Source: Nymphaea colorata
Taxonomy: Eukaryota
Direction of reading: 5' to 3'
Assembly (NCBI RefSeq): GCF_008831285.2
Contig: NC_045138.2
Coordinates: 29,884,001 to 29,948,000 of the forward strand
Length of the DNA stretch: 64,000 nt
Part shown: piece by piece, positions 1 through 13,700 of the stretch
How positions within the stretch are numbered: position 1 is the first letter of the stretch
Layout of the letters: each line of letters opens with the position of its first letter
Position numbers and translations under genes: made by a program
The notes under the pieces: generated by a model
Told to the model about the DNA's origin: nothing
Databases searched by the model: none
The model's input: the letters and a program-made list of their open reading frames with translations, nothing else

Positions 1-153
1 CTCATATACCACGAATATAGAATACAAGGGAAAAGAACATAAGACAACACAGCAGGAACAAATAAACAAGCAGAAATTTCATGGTATCACCAATCCACGA
101 TATCGTCAAAAGAAGCAGAAAGCAGAACCCTTTGACTGAAGTAAAACACTGAC

Positions 154-1050
154 CTGCATATCGCTTGCCCCTTGGCCTGCCTTCCAATCTCTCTGATTTG
201 ACACCAAGAACCACTTTGAGTTAGACAAATAAAGTCAAGAATAGCATTTTATGGGTTAACTACTCTTAGCTTTATTTTGCAACTCCTCTCAGACAATTTT
301 CACATTTTCCGTCTAGTGAAGAGCTGTAGATTAAAAAGATCGATTGCAAAGTTTTCACAATGACATCTGCTTCCCACATCAGACCAACCTGATTTTAGGT
401 GATCAACGGGCTGAATAGATTCCTCAGATACGCTCAACTAATTGAACCTAACTGCAATTCAAGAATTGAGGAACCAGACAAAGGGGAGATGGATACTTCA
501 TCGATCAGGTCAGGTGGCCCCCTTTCCCCATCATTTCCGGCCACAACCAAATAGTCGGAGAAAGGCTTCCCTTGACTCAAGCCACAAGAAACCACACAAC
601 CCATGTTCCCCTGCCGCTTCCAGAAAAGAGAATTCGTAGATGGAAACTAATCCCGAGAAAAGCAATTGAACAACGATATTTCGGCTTCCGCTCATGATCA
701 TGCAGAAAGAACTGCACACATGATTCGAATCATCATTCGTCCTTATGCCACCACGAATTACAGAGAGAATCGGTTATTGCAGTGAAACAAAATTTCCCCG
801 CACACCACACAGACCCCACTTCACCAAGCAATCGATCACTGATCTTTATAAACGAAATTCACGGAGAATCCCAACCCTAATTTGTCAATTCCGCAGTGAC
901 AATTCTCGAATTAATCCCTCTCCGGAAAGTGATGAGAGCCAAGATCAATCAAAAGAAAAGAAGAAAGGAAGAAAATAATCAAACCTGAATCTGGAAAGCC
1001 GGAAAAGGTTGCACGTGCGGTCTGGCCGGAGAGACGCGGAACCGGTGCCG
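154..1050 (-). other. 5' end (UTR exons, possible ATG-CAG at 159-154) of an unidentified gene continuing left of the window
   Basis: On the minus strand: GC-rich first exon with donor CAG|GTTTGA at 985/984, acceptor TCTACAG at 324, and an exon 323-154 ending ATGCAG|GTCAGT. Too little coding sequence to name a product. Confidence 0.45.
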
Positions 1051-2975
1051 TCCTAGTCTTCCCGCGGGCTCTCGGATCATCCACTCTGAAATTTCGTTTC
1101 CTATGTTGACCTTAATTTTCTCGTGGAGTCCCCATTCCTTTTCATAATTCCTAAAGGCAGCTTGGGGGCCGGACCGGATCCTTTGACAATTCTATGAGCC
1201 TCACATTTTTCAACGTAACAAATCAAAAACTCGAAGAGTGACTTAAATAGTGGAATAAATTTAGTTTCCCAAAATTTTGTGAGAAAAAGGTTCAACATTC
1301 ATAAAACACCAACCAATTGGTTTAGTTTTCCAGAAAACAACAAAGTTTGTCCAGTTGGATTCGATGCTTTTACTTAGCAATATGTGAAATAACATCATGA
1401 CCATATATTTATTTCTCAATTTATACTTTTTACACCAAAGTTATTAGGAATATAATTTGGTTTTCTATTGCAATGTACATGAAACACTGAATGAATTAAT
1501 ATCAATTCTTTGAGTATAAAAATTTGGAGTTATAGCGTTATAATGGTATCACAAATTTGGTCAATTAAGTTGGTCTACAGTCTGCAAGTTCAAATGTTGG
1601 ATCTCAATACTCAACTATATGCCCTATGTGTCCTTTACTTAAAGCTGAAGCAATGAAAATGCTGCTATGTTAGGCAAGATAAGTGTCATTTAATAATTTA
1701 TGCTGTTGTCTATAAGGAGATCAGACGGTAGAGATTAAGTTATAAATAGAAAAGTCAAGTTGTTTATTCAAGAATCTTCTTACCGTCTGAGATGTGCCTG
1801 AGATGCTCCCGAAACCCACCGAGGATCATGGTAAGAGCATGGTCCTCCGGACCTCCGACATTGGCATCTTCAATTTGCTGCTCACGAAACCACATTCACA
1901 AGGAGACCTGCTTTCCTTTTATAAAATCCATTTCCTGACCTCCCACTGCTTCTCCAAATCCCACTACCCATGCTAATGGTGACATTATTTAGAAAGATTC
2001 GCTTCTCTGCTTTTGCTTCGCATCTACCATCATCCTTCTCATTTCTTGGGTAACTATGCAGTATGCTGTAAACAATAAATTGAGGATCGTATAGTCTTCT
2101 GATACATGAGCTAGGCCATTAATGGACCTGTGTATAGTAATCTGTGGATTATTGTGTAGCTTATTAATCGGACTGATGTCCTTAATGTCATTTTCTTTAA
2201 TGATTTAATCTGATTCTATATTTAGACTGAACATATTTCAGCTTTTTGTACACCAACGTGAGCCTAATATTTCAACTGTTGCTTTATTCTGCATTTGATC
2301 TGAGACCATTCAATAGGTTAGTAGCCTGTTTCACGTCCTGGTTTTGTAGTGTGTCAAGCTCTTTAAATTTCATTCTCTCTTTTTGTTATGGGGAGGCAAT
2401 GCCTTTGATCTTATGAATATTGTGCTGCAATATTTTCTTGTAAGGATGCTCTCAAACGGCAAAGCTAAGAACATCCCAAAGTCCAAGTAAAGAAACATGT
2501 GGTTCAAACTAAAAAATGATTCCTATTTTGCAACTATGTGCGCATGAAGGGACTCGCGGAAACACATCCTTGTCTGGACCATAGGTGTGGTGGGGAACAA
2601 GACAATAGATAATTCTAATTATTCTTTAATCCATTAATTTTTTCTTCATCAAAGGATCATTAATTCACAAACAACACATGATAATCATCCTGGAGTGTAC
2701 CATCGAAGGTACCTTTGTTCATAAAACTAAAGCTAAATTTGACATTTAAAACCAGCACCATCTAGCCATTGTCATACCAATTAGCAAGACTCAACATGGA
2801 GGTCCGTTTGCGTGAGTGAGAGATAGACAAGAGTAGAGGAGAGGGTTTCAAACCAGTGGCATACAGGAGAGTTTCAAAACACAAATGGTTTCATATGGAC
2901 AAAGGGGCAGCTGGATATATGAGAAAATATACAGAAGGTTCAAGATAGCTTCAAATAGAAGACTTCCATGCGCTT

Positions 2976-3142
2976 TTACTTGCCCAAGACCTCAGATATT
3001 GAGCCTTTGATAATTCTTATTAACTCTTGCCTGAAATGCACATGCAAAAAACAGTAAGCCAAATTATTCAACTTGAGCTGGCTCGAAGCTCAAAGTTCTG
3101 AGACATCAGCTGCCAATTGCAATAGAAGAATAACAACACAAA

Positions 3143-3173
<31 letters not shown>

Positions 3174-3490
3174 AAGAAAGCCTAGATGTCTCTGTCAGCT
3201 AATCTCACGAAGTGATAAACATGTAAAATTGGTAATTTTTGGCTTGTAAAAATCTGATCTGATTGGGACTCTACAGCTCGTCTAATCTGATTTTCACCTC
3301 TAATTACAGTTACAGAGGTATCTTTTCTTTCAAACAAAAAACTGGCTACTGGTTTTACTGCTTCTTTATATTGTGTTTGTATGTAGAGAAGCTGAAATCC
3401 TCCAGCCATCTGTCCATCGGGATGTCTCCCACATGCAGCTAATGCATCGGCTACCTGCCTGGGACATTTGGATGGCCGGAGGAATCGAAT

Positions 3491-3544
<54 letters not shown>

Positions 3545-5268
3545 GGACACACACATGAAAAAACTCATTTGGAGAGACTGGATATGAGGAGAGAATCCAT
3601 AGGACCCATAAGACACGGGGTGAGGAAGCTTTTGACAAAAATTATATAGAATTCACTAATGTTTATTTGCAAATGAACAATAAAACTATAGAAGTAGGTA
3701 GAAATTAGAATTGGCAAATTCTGTGATATCTGAAGCAGCTCACCTGTCTGGCTTAAACAGAAGATAGCGGTATATGAACCACTGCAAGGAAACAGGTAAA
3801 AGTTATCCATACTTCCACAGCAGCAAAATAAAGAAGAAAAAAAAAGCAGCTTTTATGAGGGACTTGTCCATTCTTACCCACGAAAATAGTATACCAACAA
3901 GTTCCAATGCAGTTGGGATGAAAGGAAGATTATCAATAACCTACGAGAGAATGATGGTGGAAGGTAGTCAAATATCCACAGGAATAATTCAAGTCAAACA
4001 CTTTTCACAAGTAAAATTTAAGGTACAACATGCTTCGCAGCAGAAAAGCAATAATGGAATACCGAAATCAGATTGCTGGATGCCCAGATTGCTGCTATAG
4101 TTGCAAAGCCCAAACCAGCTAAAGCAATCCTATCTTCAGAACTATTCCACTGCATACAGAAGAAAGTCACTGATCAGAAGAACCTGTAATGCCTGATTAA
4201 AAACCTGCTACTTTGATGTGTCAAATTTAGTGGAATTTCCATTTCATGATTGATACGTACATACATAGAAAATATTGAAAATTCTGGATAGACTATTAGG
4301 TTCCAGCATTTAAAAACATACACGAACAAGAGGGAGATCATATTCAACAAGCTAACTTGGTACGGAAAGAGAGGTGCACCATGCTACTGGAAAAGATATC
4401 TAGTATGATCAATGCTCTAAGGCATCTTAAGAGGACCATGATTGCGGAACATGTTCCATGCAGCTCTGCCTGGAGGCATTCAATAATTTTGCAAAAGCCA
4501 TTAGCTAGAATGAAATTGGTTGAGTTAGAAAGTGTAGTACATGATAAGTTCCAAGGGATTCTAATTAGCAATTTCATGTATCCTTGAATTCATAAAAAGC
4601 ACCCGCACACAAAAGAAAACCAAAACACTTACAGATGCAGCAATGGACTTCAAAATACTCTCGCTAGAAGGATCAGACTTTTCTCCAGTAGCCATTGAAA
4701 CAATAAAGGGGCTCTTTCTTGTCCGCGCTAGTAAAAAATGAAAGGAAGATATCCAGAATGTTAGAATTACAACAGCTAAATATAGACAATTGAAACCCAA
4801 GGTCGTTCTGACTAGTTTTCCAAATCAGAACGCCAGCCAAGACTTTTCAGTGTAAGCACTTAAAAGGTCAACGTTACCAATTTATAAGAATAGGCTCAGA
4901 GAGCTCCTGGACCAATGTATCTTCGTTTTTCATTTACTAATTTAGCCAGGTGGTGTATTTCCTAGTTTCACCCATTTGCAGCTCCATTACCAAAGCAACA
5001 AGCAAACTCAAATTGAAGAGGTATGTTGGGAACCTTTTATTGCACAACAACAGGATTTTCAATTTTTTCTTTTCATAGATGAGCATTTGCTCAAACTTAT
5101 GGTACAAAAAATGTTAGGTAGAGCAGTCAAAGGTGAAAACCAATTACCTGGAACAACCCGCTGTAGTTTCCATGTTCGTACTGGAAGTTTTTGGAGGGAC
5201 TTGCTTGTTGTGGGCCTTCCTTGCAAATAAATTGCTGAAATTGAGGTTACGATGTAGGAGGCCATCAT
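2976..5268 (-). CDS. CURT1C: CURVATURE THYLAKOID 1C-like protein (CAAD domain), chloroplastic
   Basis: Spliced exons ~5268-5148 (MMASYIVTSISAIYLQGRPTT..., Ser/Thr-rich transit-like), ~4728-4633 (..SMATGEKSDPSSESILKSIAAS), ~4150-4064 (WNSSEDRIALAGLGFATIAAIWASSNLIS), ~3940-3878 (VIDNLPFIPTALELVGILFSW), ~3781-3744 (WFIYRYLLFKPDR), ~3030-2976 (QELIRIIKGSISEVLGK*). GT-AG introns; matches CURT1 family motifs. Confidence 0.9.
3497..3540. repeat. (TA)n microsatellite in the last CURT1C intron
   Basis: About 22 TA units. Other (TA)n, (CT)n or (CA)n tracts at ~7934, ~14625, ~52393 and ~63643. Confidence 0.95.
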
Positions 5269-5409
5269 TCTGAACAAGGTGCAAAGAAACAAAAACATAA
5301 AAGAAAAGGATATCACAATTCACAAATTTTCAGGGACCACTATGAAATGAGAAAAGGAAAGAAAACTATACTTCCTAAAGTAGGTTGTAAGCATGTAACT
5401 GAAACTTAC

Positions 5410-7470
5410 CTTGCTTGCAAAAGCAAATCTCATTGGTGATATGGATCTCACCAAGTAAAAATCTGGTAACTATTCTATTAAGAAACTAATTTTACAAAAA
5501 ATGGAGCATAAATATTAAAGGCTTTTCACTGGGGAGGAATAAGAACTCTTGTTCCTTTCCTCCAAGGTCGCTAGACCCAAGAACTCTCAAATGCAAAACC
5601 TTTTCAATGGAGCAACATATTACAAGTGAAATACTCAACCCCAAGCCTGATTTACAAGTTATGGGCATATAACATAACAGTTCTATGACAATTGAGTACT
5701 GGAATTAGCAGCTTCTATCTGTGGCATGGCTTTCTCAATTACTAGTTCTGTGGAGAATGTACATCCCATAACTAAGCATACTTAGATTAGCTTCATTGAG
5801 TTTAAAACCTGTGTTGAGGAACAATGTCCATTCCAGGTATATAATGAAGTTTCAGATTAATTTGCTCAATAAATAAATGAGCTTGAGCTGGCTTGCTTAA
5901 ATACAGGTAGTTCATAAGATATCTAAACCTTGGAACAATCTTTTGGATTTGTCTTCACGTTGAATCCATTTATTGAAAAAGAAAAAAGGTTCCTTCATGA
6001 GATTATGAGTCTGAAATTAAGCATGTGAAATGCAAGGAGGATAAAGGGTGAAATGGCAGATCAATCTTAATTTGATTTTTAGGTAGGCATTTTTCCTTTA
6101 TTATTTATGCAATTGACAGTGAGTTGCACAGGATGGGAACCTTAGATCTCAGCTGACAATATGCAAGACCAGTTCCATCAGGTATAATTGCTTTTTAGCT
6201 ATCATTTCTCAGTGGTTCCCAAGATAGCAGTCCATTCTATGGTGAATCTCTTTTCCAGTTTCCTTAAGCTGTCTAAATTAGGTCAAGTAACATATCGTTG
6301 TGGCAGCTCTTACAATACTTTCGGGCCAGCTCATACCAATTGCTTCCTCAATGAGTTGAAAGTTGAACCAGCTTCAAGCCTTCAAGAGTTCAAGACTGCA
6401 ACGATATTTGATGGGAATGTATGCAATGTAGAGAAGGCCAGGGGCCATTCACATATTCCCTGTCAAACAGCAAAATAAAATAGGAAAAGAACTCTCTTTG
6501 TGGATGATGTCTTTGTGAATTTGAAATTGTAGAGCAGAAACAGCCATCGAAAGTTGTTAAGTGATCATCAGACAGGCCTTGAGCATCTAAGCTAGGTCAT
6601 GGATTTCTTGTGCAGCCTGACAAAGGTAGTCATAAAAAGAAATGTAACGGAATTCATTACAACTCGTCAGAAGTAATACGGTAGCGAACTATGGTTGAAA
6701 CAAGTTTTTTTGTATAGTCTTAAGCGGATTCTCGTTCCTGGAACTGAGCCATATTAGTTGCGGTGAGACAGAAACTAGATATGGAAGGATAAACCAACCA
6801 GAGTAGCCCCCAAGTTCCATCCAATGTAGTGATAGTCGATTATTCCACTGGTGGGTTCTGCTGCTAAAAACCGGCTCCACCATCTAAGAGAAAAAACAGT
6901 AAATTTGTAGTCCAAACTTATTGTAGAGGGATCCAAGCAACTTATACAAATAAGGCTGCCCCGAAAACTGAAACCTTGTGCTCATGTTATGATGACAAAC
7001 GCATCGAACAAGAAAATCTTGCACTTCTTTCTTTCGAAACAACAAAATAATGGCTATATTACGAGAAACCAACTTGACGAAACAAGGAGTAGTGCTCAGA
7101 ACGGTTAAAGAAGCTTTCCGACCCACATTTAGGAATCGACCCTGAAACAAGAAACGGCAGGCAAAATCTGAAGAAGTCTTACGAAAAGCAAAAAATTTCA
7201 CAAAGAACGTTAACACAACTCGAAATGGCACGTTATAGGTAGGGCACTATCTTTCTGCTGCCATTCTGGTAACTGGAACTTAATGAGCGAAAAGAGAGCT
7301 AATCCGAAATGGGTTTTCCCATAAGCAATCAAAGAGAGACAGGAATACAAAGAATCCAAGGTGTTCGAAAGAATACGCACCTCTCGGTGTTTCAGGAACG
7401 AGCGAGACCAGTCAAGCGATTGAACGAGGAAACCAGAGCGACCGAACTCCTTTCTGAGTCTCCCACCCTT
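5410..7470 (-). other. Probable spliced 5' UTR exons of CURT1C
   Basis: Start ATG lies 1 nt after an acceptor (TTGTTCAG|A ATG). Upstream donors at 5410 (AAG|GTAAG) and ~7381 (GAG|GTGCGT), the latter after a GC-richer first-exon-like stretch. Confidence 0.45.
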
Positions 7471-7930
7471 CACATATGATGATATGATTTATATGGTAGC
7501 AGGTCTCGTGCTCTTTAACGTTCCTGGGAGCTCGGTTTTAGCACATAATTTTAAGTTTTACTCTACCGTGGGATCTCTGGATTTCCCAGAGTCGCAGTAC
7601 CCACCTTAAATTGTTGGAACAAAATTCTCAAATCTGTTCCATTTTCAGGATTGAATCCCTTGTCTGGCATGCGACTTGATCTTCATTATTTTATTCGATG
7701 GATATCATGAAGAAAGATTTTGTATGGCCTGGAATTCGTGGATCACATATTTTTGAATTTTTCTCATTTTTGAACCAATCACTAGTTGGGTGAAGCAACT
7801 AGAGAACTGTAGTAGGAAGGACTTGTTTTATGTGACAGGAATAGTTGTATTTTTTGTGATTTATTTTCTTCTTGATAAGCAGGAACATGTATTTTTGGCG
7901 ATTAACATGCCCAATTATTGATATTGTTAG

Positions 7931-7972
<42 letters not shown>

Positions 7973-8404
7973 ACAATGTCTTACAAAGAAATTATATGGA
8001 CGGTGGAGTAACTTGATAAACTCAATTAGATTACTAGAAAAGACAAGGTTGGAGCTAAGGGAAGGGAGGCCACTTGGCATATATATCGAACGTCTGAGTC
8101 TGAGTTTAGCATCAGTTTCATTTTCCAATCCCATGGATCTTAAGTTTTTATTATATGTAAAGATCTAAACATGGTTTTGTAATTTTGTACGTCTGAATCC
8201 AAACCCTACTCCGAGTTGGATTGTAAGCAATATTTGGTTAGTTCAATTTAGTAATACAGCCACTGTCTTGTTCAAATATAATCGGTTCAAATAGCTAAGT
8301 CTCTCTCTGGTTTCGCATGGTGAAAGGCCATGCGGCCTTCCGTCATGGATCTAAGATCCGTGCATGAAGTCTGATCCTCCCTCGGACTTGATGCACCCAT
8401 AGCT

Positions 8405-9970
8405 CTCCAGCTCCTGCTACCACAGCTGGCACCAACATAGGCCATCTTAGTGGTGAAGGTTTCAGTCACTAACCATCAATGATGTGTTAGCTCTAGTTTC
8501 TGCTGGTCAATCAACTGCCAGTGCCCCCCAGCTGCAACCGCCGCAGCAGCAGGACATGCTAGCCCTTTCAGATCCATTCTCTCATAATTCAGCTATTGAT
8601 TCTCTTGGCTCTCAAATGACTCTACCAACATCACAGGCAGCCACACAGTTCCAGAGTCTGCAACAAGCAACAATACAGGAGCAGCAACAAGCACAGTCCA
8701 TATTATACTCAAATGGAAGCGTTCCGAACATAGGAGAACTTCAACAGCAGCAACAGATGCAGCCTGCATCATATACAAATGGAACCATCCCCATGACAGG
8801 GGAACTTCAACAGTTTCAGCACCAGATGCGGCCCACGTTATATCCAAATGGCATTATCCCAACCATGGGGGCACCTCAACAGTTGCAGCAGCAGATGCAG
8901 CCCGCACTTTATTCAGATGGGACTATTTCTTCAATGGGAGCACCTCTTCAACAACAGCAACAGATGCAGCCTGGAGTTTTTCCAAATGGAAGCATGCCGA
9001 GCATGGGTCCTCCAGAGTTTGAACTTTGAACAAGCAGCTTACGTGCAGGGTGCGCATATGAATTAGAGCCATCCTGCCTGGGGTCGGCAGGTTGCACCAA
9101 TCATGAATGCACAACAGCAAACTTTTGTTTATGGTATTGTTGAGATCTTCATCTACTTTGACTGCTTCCCAAGAATTTATTTTCTTAAACTTTTTGTGAT
9201 TTACTTGCTGTTGAGTTATTTCTTTTGTTCTCAATGCTACAGGAGCAGGCTCTCAGAGCCTGGGGCCTCTTCCACCAGCACCCTGGGATATGCAATCAAT
9301 GCAAAATCCTCAACCCATGGTCTTTGCTTATGGTCAGCAGGCAGATGTGCAATTTGGTGATCAGAGGCGGGCCACATGCTCCCTGGCAACACCTGATGAC
9401 ATATCTCGAAAAACACAAGGGCTTTCCCTTGAAGATGACGGATACACGAGCTTTTTTCAAGGTTCTTCTGCATCTTATTTGCAGCAGAAGAAGCCATCTA
9501 AGGCAGAAGACAAACTTTTTGGTGATCTCGTAAGCATTGCAAAGACAAAATCTAAACCCTCAAGTACCCCGACAACTTAGGATTCTTGTGATGGATTTGC
9601 GTGATAGAGCTTTTATTCCTTGCTCTAGTAATTTCTTTCAGCTCCCACTTGAATGTTGATTTGCTTATTGAAGTTGTGCACATTCTTTTTCCACACATGT
9701 TATTGTAATCACAATTCCCTGTAAAATAAGAGATTCATGCTTCTTTTGCTTCTGCTGTTCAACTTGGTATATTCTTCTGTTCGTTTGGAGCCTGTTGTTG
9801 AATGCAGTTGTCCCTGCAATTAAAACGAAGGTATCATATTGAGTTGTTCAGCAGCAGCAGTTCATGCTTCTGTGCATGATTGCACTTTGTTCTGCCTCAT
9901 CTCGGACCATCATGAAAATGTATGCTACCATCGAAATGCATCTTAAAATGGAAGCCCAGGCATTTATAGT
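8405..9970 (+). pseudogene. Truncated, frameshifted inverted duplicate of the 3' part of the TOL9-like gene (Q/P-rich exon, last intron, last exon, 3' UTR)
   Basis: Reverse-complement match to ~18352-19910. Lacks VHS/GAT exons. A 7-bp tandem duplication (TTTGAAC TTTGAAC, ~9018-9031) creates a stop at 9027-9029. The intron (~9135-9248) is retained. Confidence 0.9.
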
Positions 9971-10743
9971 CTCCCGGAGTCCTGCCACTCACTCTCAAGA
10001 TATGAGCAAGCGAATAGTTGTTTTTTTTTTGCCTTTTAACAATTTTATTCAAGAGGCAAAGGGTTATTTTCCAGGTTAGTTTAATATTTTTTGTAAAGAG
10101 CGGTTTTTTGAGAAACAGAAGAGAAAATTAGGGGTTGTTTGATGTTCTTTAAAACATGAATGGTTATCTATACTAGGCTTGTTATTTAAGCGGTCCCTTT
10201 GTAAAATTTCTAAAATAAAACATTAGTTTGTTTAAATTATTTATCTAGTAAAGAGTTAGGACATGAATGATAAAATATGATCTGATCTTACAGTTACCAA
10301 AAACAACAGCAGTGACAAAAGGTCTTCAGGTGCATTGGAGAAAGGAAATCCACTGATCAAAAAATTTGAGCTAGATTAAGGAATAGTCACCTCGAAAAGA
10401 AGGTTTACTTTCGGGTGGAAACGAGAAAGTGTGCGAAGAAGATTGAAAAAAACCACTGTAAGACGGACAGGGGAGGACTCGACCAAATATGGTCATTGTA
10501 GGAGAAGCGACTCATGCGGTTGATGAGTCCGACCAAGGGTCCAAAGCTTTCATATCCGGCCGACCAGAGTCTTCTTAGACGGGTCTCTGTAGGCCATGCA
10601 ATTCCGCCAACTCTGGTTTCTGGAGTAGGAAATACGAAGCTCGTCCTTATCATAAAGGAGAGATAGATAGAAGCAGATAACTAAAGGGCGTGTCTATTGA
10701 GCTAGAACAGAGAGCAAACGGCTTTCTGTGAAACCACAGAGTC

Positions 10744-13700
10744 ATGGCCATGGGGACGCGCCTTAAGGTTCTTCACCACCGGGAGCTCTCTTCCATCACC
10801 ATTTGTAAGTGCCCACTAACTCCAGACAGCAAATGCCACACTTTTCTTCAACTGTTCAACTCTAGGTGTAAATTTCCACAAAACTTTCACGACGGTGCTG
10901 CACTACCCGTGTTGGAAATTCATAGTAGAAACATAGTGAAAATGGTGGGTGATGCTCAGAAGTGCCAGTGCACCAAAGTTACGAACTCTGGTGTCCTGGA
11001 CGTTCTAAATTCTGGAATTTCTGGTTTGAAATGCAAAGGCGAGAAGGCCACAAAAAGTTACAGGAAGAAGATGGCTATGGCTAGTCCAGTAGAGGAGGAA
11101 GGCAGCATTAAGGAAGCAAGGTCCACTAAAGCCCTAGACTCTAGGGTCCTTAAAGAGTTAATTTTGAGGAATGAAAGTGGGGAGGTTAAGGTATGCAAGA
11201 AACCGAGGGAGTCTTTGATGATAAACAGAAAAAGGAAGAAACCTATCGGTTCCACGCAGCAGGCTCATTCGGTAGTGGCTAAAAACTCTGAAGCTTCAAA
11301 CGAGTTTAATTCTAGGATCTCCAGTTGGAATACTGGAAGTGAAGATGAAAGGAAAAAATACGCAAAGACTCTGGTCAGAAGTCCAGAAGAATTTAGAAAA
11401 GCTAGTGAGAGAATAGATGCTGCTAAGAGCTCAGATGCTGATGGTATGGCACACTTGGACTCAGGGTCCCCCAGTCAGAGTTCCAGAAAGGAGGCGGTAC
11501 CCAAGAAGACTAAGAAAGGCCAGACTGATTCTCCAGGAACACAAGCAAGAATAGGGTTGGATATGTGTTCTAAGAGAGGTGACGTGATGGGAGCAATTGC
11601 TTTATACGATTCTGCTGTGAGAGATGGGGTGAAGTTGAACCAGTATCATTACACTGTTCTTCTGTATCTATGTTCATCGGCTGCAATGGGGGTAGTCCAA
11701 CCTGCAAAAAGTGGCAGTCGGAATCTAAACCCTGCAGTTTCAAGAGGGACTGAAGCTGAGGATGAATTGGGAGAAGACGTGGCTGAATGTGTGAAGGACT
11801 GCAATCAAGGGGAGACTAAAATGCAGCCTTCAAGTACGTTCTCTAATGAATCGGATGAAAGCTGTGAAGAGGATAAGGAAAAGAAGAGCGTAATTTTGGT
11901 AGGAGGCGATATTAAACAGTATGCACTTTCTAGAGGGTTTGAGATTTATGAAAGGATGACAAGGGAGGAAATTCCTATGAATGAAGCAACATTGACATCA
12001 GTTGCTCGGATGGCAATGGCAATGGGCAATGGAGACTTTGCGTTTGACATTGTAAAACAGATGAAAGCCATGGGTATAACTCCGAGATTAAGGTCTTATG
12101 GTCCTGCATTGTTCTGCTACTGCAATAGTGGTGACCTCGATAACGCTTTCAAGGTTGAGGAACATATGCTAAGTTCGGGAGTTTATCCAGAAGAGCCTGA
12201 GCTAGAAGCTCTTCTCAAGGTAAGCATTGTGAATAGTAGAGCTGACAAGATTTATTATCTGATGCATAAGCTCAGAAAAAGCATACGACAAGTTCCCTTG
12301 TTAATGGCAGAGTTGATAGAGAAATGGTTCAAAAGCAAGGCAGCTTCTAGAGTGGGGAAGAGAAAATGGAATCCAGAATCAATAAGTAAGGCAATGGAAA
12401 GTGGAGGTGGTGGTTGGCATGGCCTAGGATGGCTAGGAAGTGGAAAGTGGAGTGTGGTGCGTACAACCATTGGAGAAGACGGCATTTGTAGACATTGCAA
12501 AGAGAAGCTTGTCACCATAGACACTGATCCGATAGAAACTGAAGCTTTTGCAAATTCAGTAGCATCCATAGCTAGAAAGAGAGAGCGGGATGCAAGCTTT
12601 CAAAATTTCCAAGTAAGAATCTCTTTGTAAATAGCAAGGTTTGAATGAGGGCCTCAAACAACATGGTTCGTTGGTCAGTCAAACTAAAATGGTCATCGAT
12701 TATGCTGCTTATTGCTGCTAAATCAATCAGCTTCTTTACCAAGCAAGTTCAACTGATTTGTTAGGATTTTGCTACTACTTAGTTGACTAGTGCACTATTC
12801 AGACTATGATGATCGATGTCACATAAGTACGGGTGCAGGTACGGTTACTGTCCATTTTCAAAAAACTTGGGTGCGGGGGTATGGCCGTATATATATATAT
12901 ATACATATAAGAAATACTTAAAAAATATAATCAAAATAAAGAATATACATCAACATAAACAAATAAATAGCATACAAAATATATATCAACGGCTCTTGCA
13001 GCACCCGCACCTAAATTTTTTTGAAAAATTGAGGCATTTGCACTCACATCAGCAGCCGCACTCAGATGTTATAGGGTGGAACTTGAACCCAAGGGCCAAG
13101 GTCCATTTGTTAAGATCATCTGCCTGACATCGCTGGCACACGAAGCTTTCAAATTGATATATTTTGCTCTGGTATCAGTAATACATGAAAATTGAAACCT
13201 CTTGATTGTGGCCATCATCATCTTACTCTTTAAAGTTGTGGCTGGGTGCAATCCCAGTTCCATTTCTCATATTAGCAACTCTATCTAGGTATAACATGAA
13301 TATGGAAAGAGTTTACGATTTTCATTGCTTAAGTGTGATTGAGATGAAAATGTTCCTCTACAAAGTTAGGTATCTTCATCTGACGAAGTAACTGATATTA
13401 CCATGTGCAGAACTGGCTTGACTATTATGGACCTTTTGAAACTGTAGTGGATGCTGCAAATGTTGGCCTTTTTAGCCAGAGACGATTCTCAATACCTAAG
13501 GTAACTGTCTGATGCTAAGAGTAGGCAAGCATATTGAACCTTATCTTTACAATTCATCCAGCTAATTAGCTATATGCTTATTAAAAAAATTCAGGTCAAT
13601 GCAGTTGTCAATGCAATGAGACAAAAGTTTCCTTCAAGAAAATGGCCATTGATCATTGTGCACAACAGGCGTATTAAAGGAGGCAGGGCAGATGATCCCC

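Noticed and set aside
3182..3638. ORFs with IYIYIY runs (also ~7799, ~39644-40013, ~56553)
   Set aside because: Artefacts of (TA)n microsatellites in introns or intergenic DNA.
8405..9970. TOL9 copy as a retrogene or functional paralog
   Set aside because: It keeps the intron and has no poly(A) tail, so it is not a retrocopy. It lacks VHS/GAT exons and has a frameshift with a stop.
10400..10740. GC-richer stretch upstream of PRORP1 as an organellar insertion or small gene
   Set aside because: Nothing recognisable; most simply promoter/5' UTR. A BLASTN against organellar genomes would settle it.
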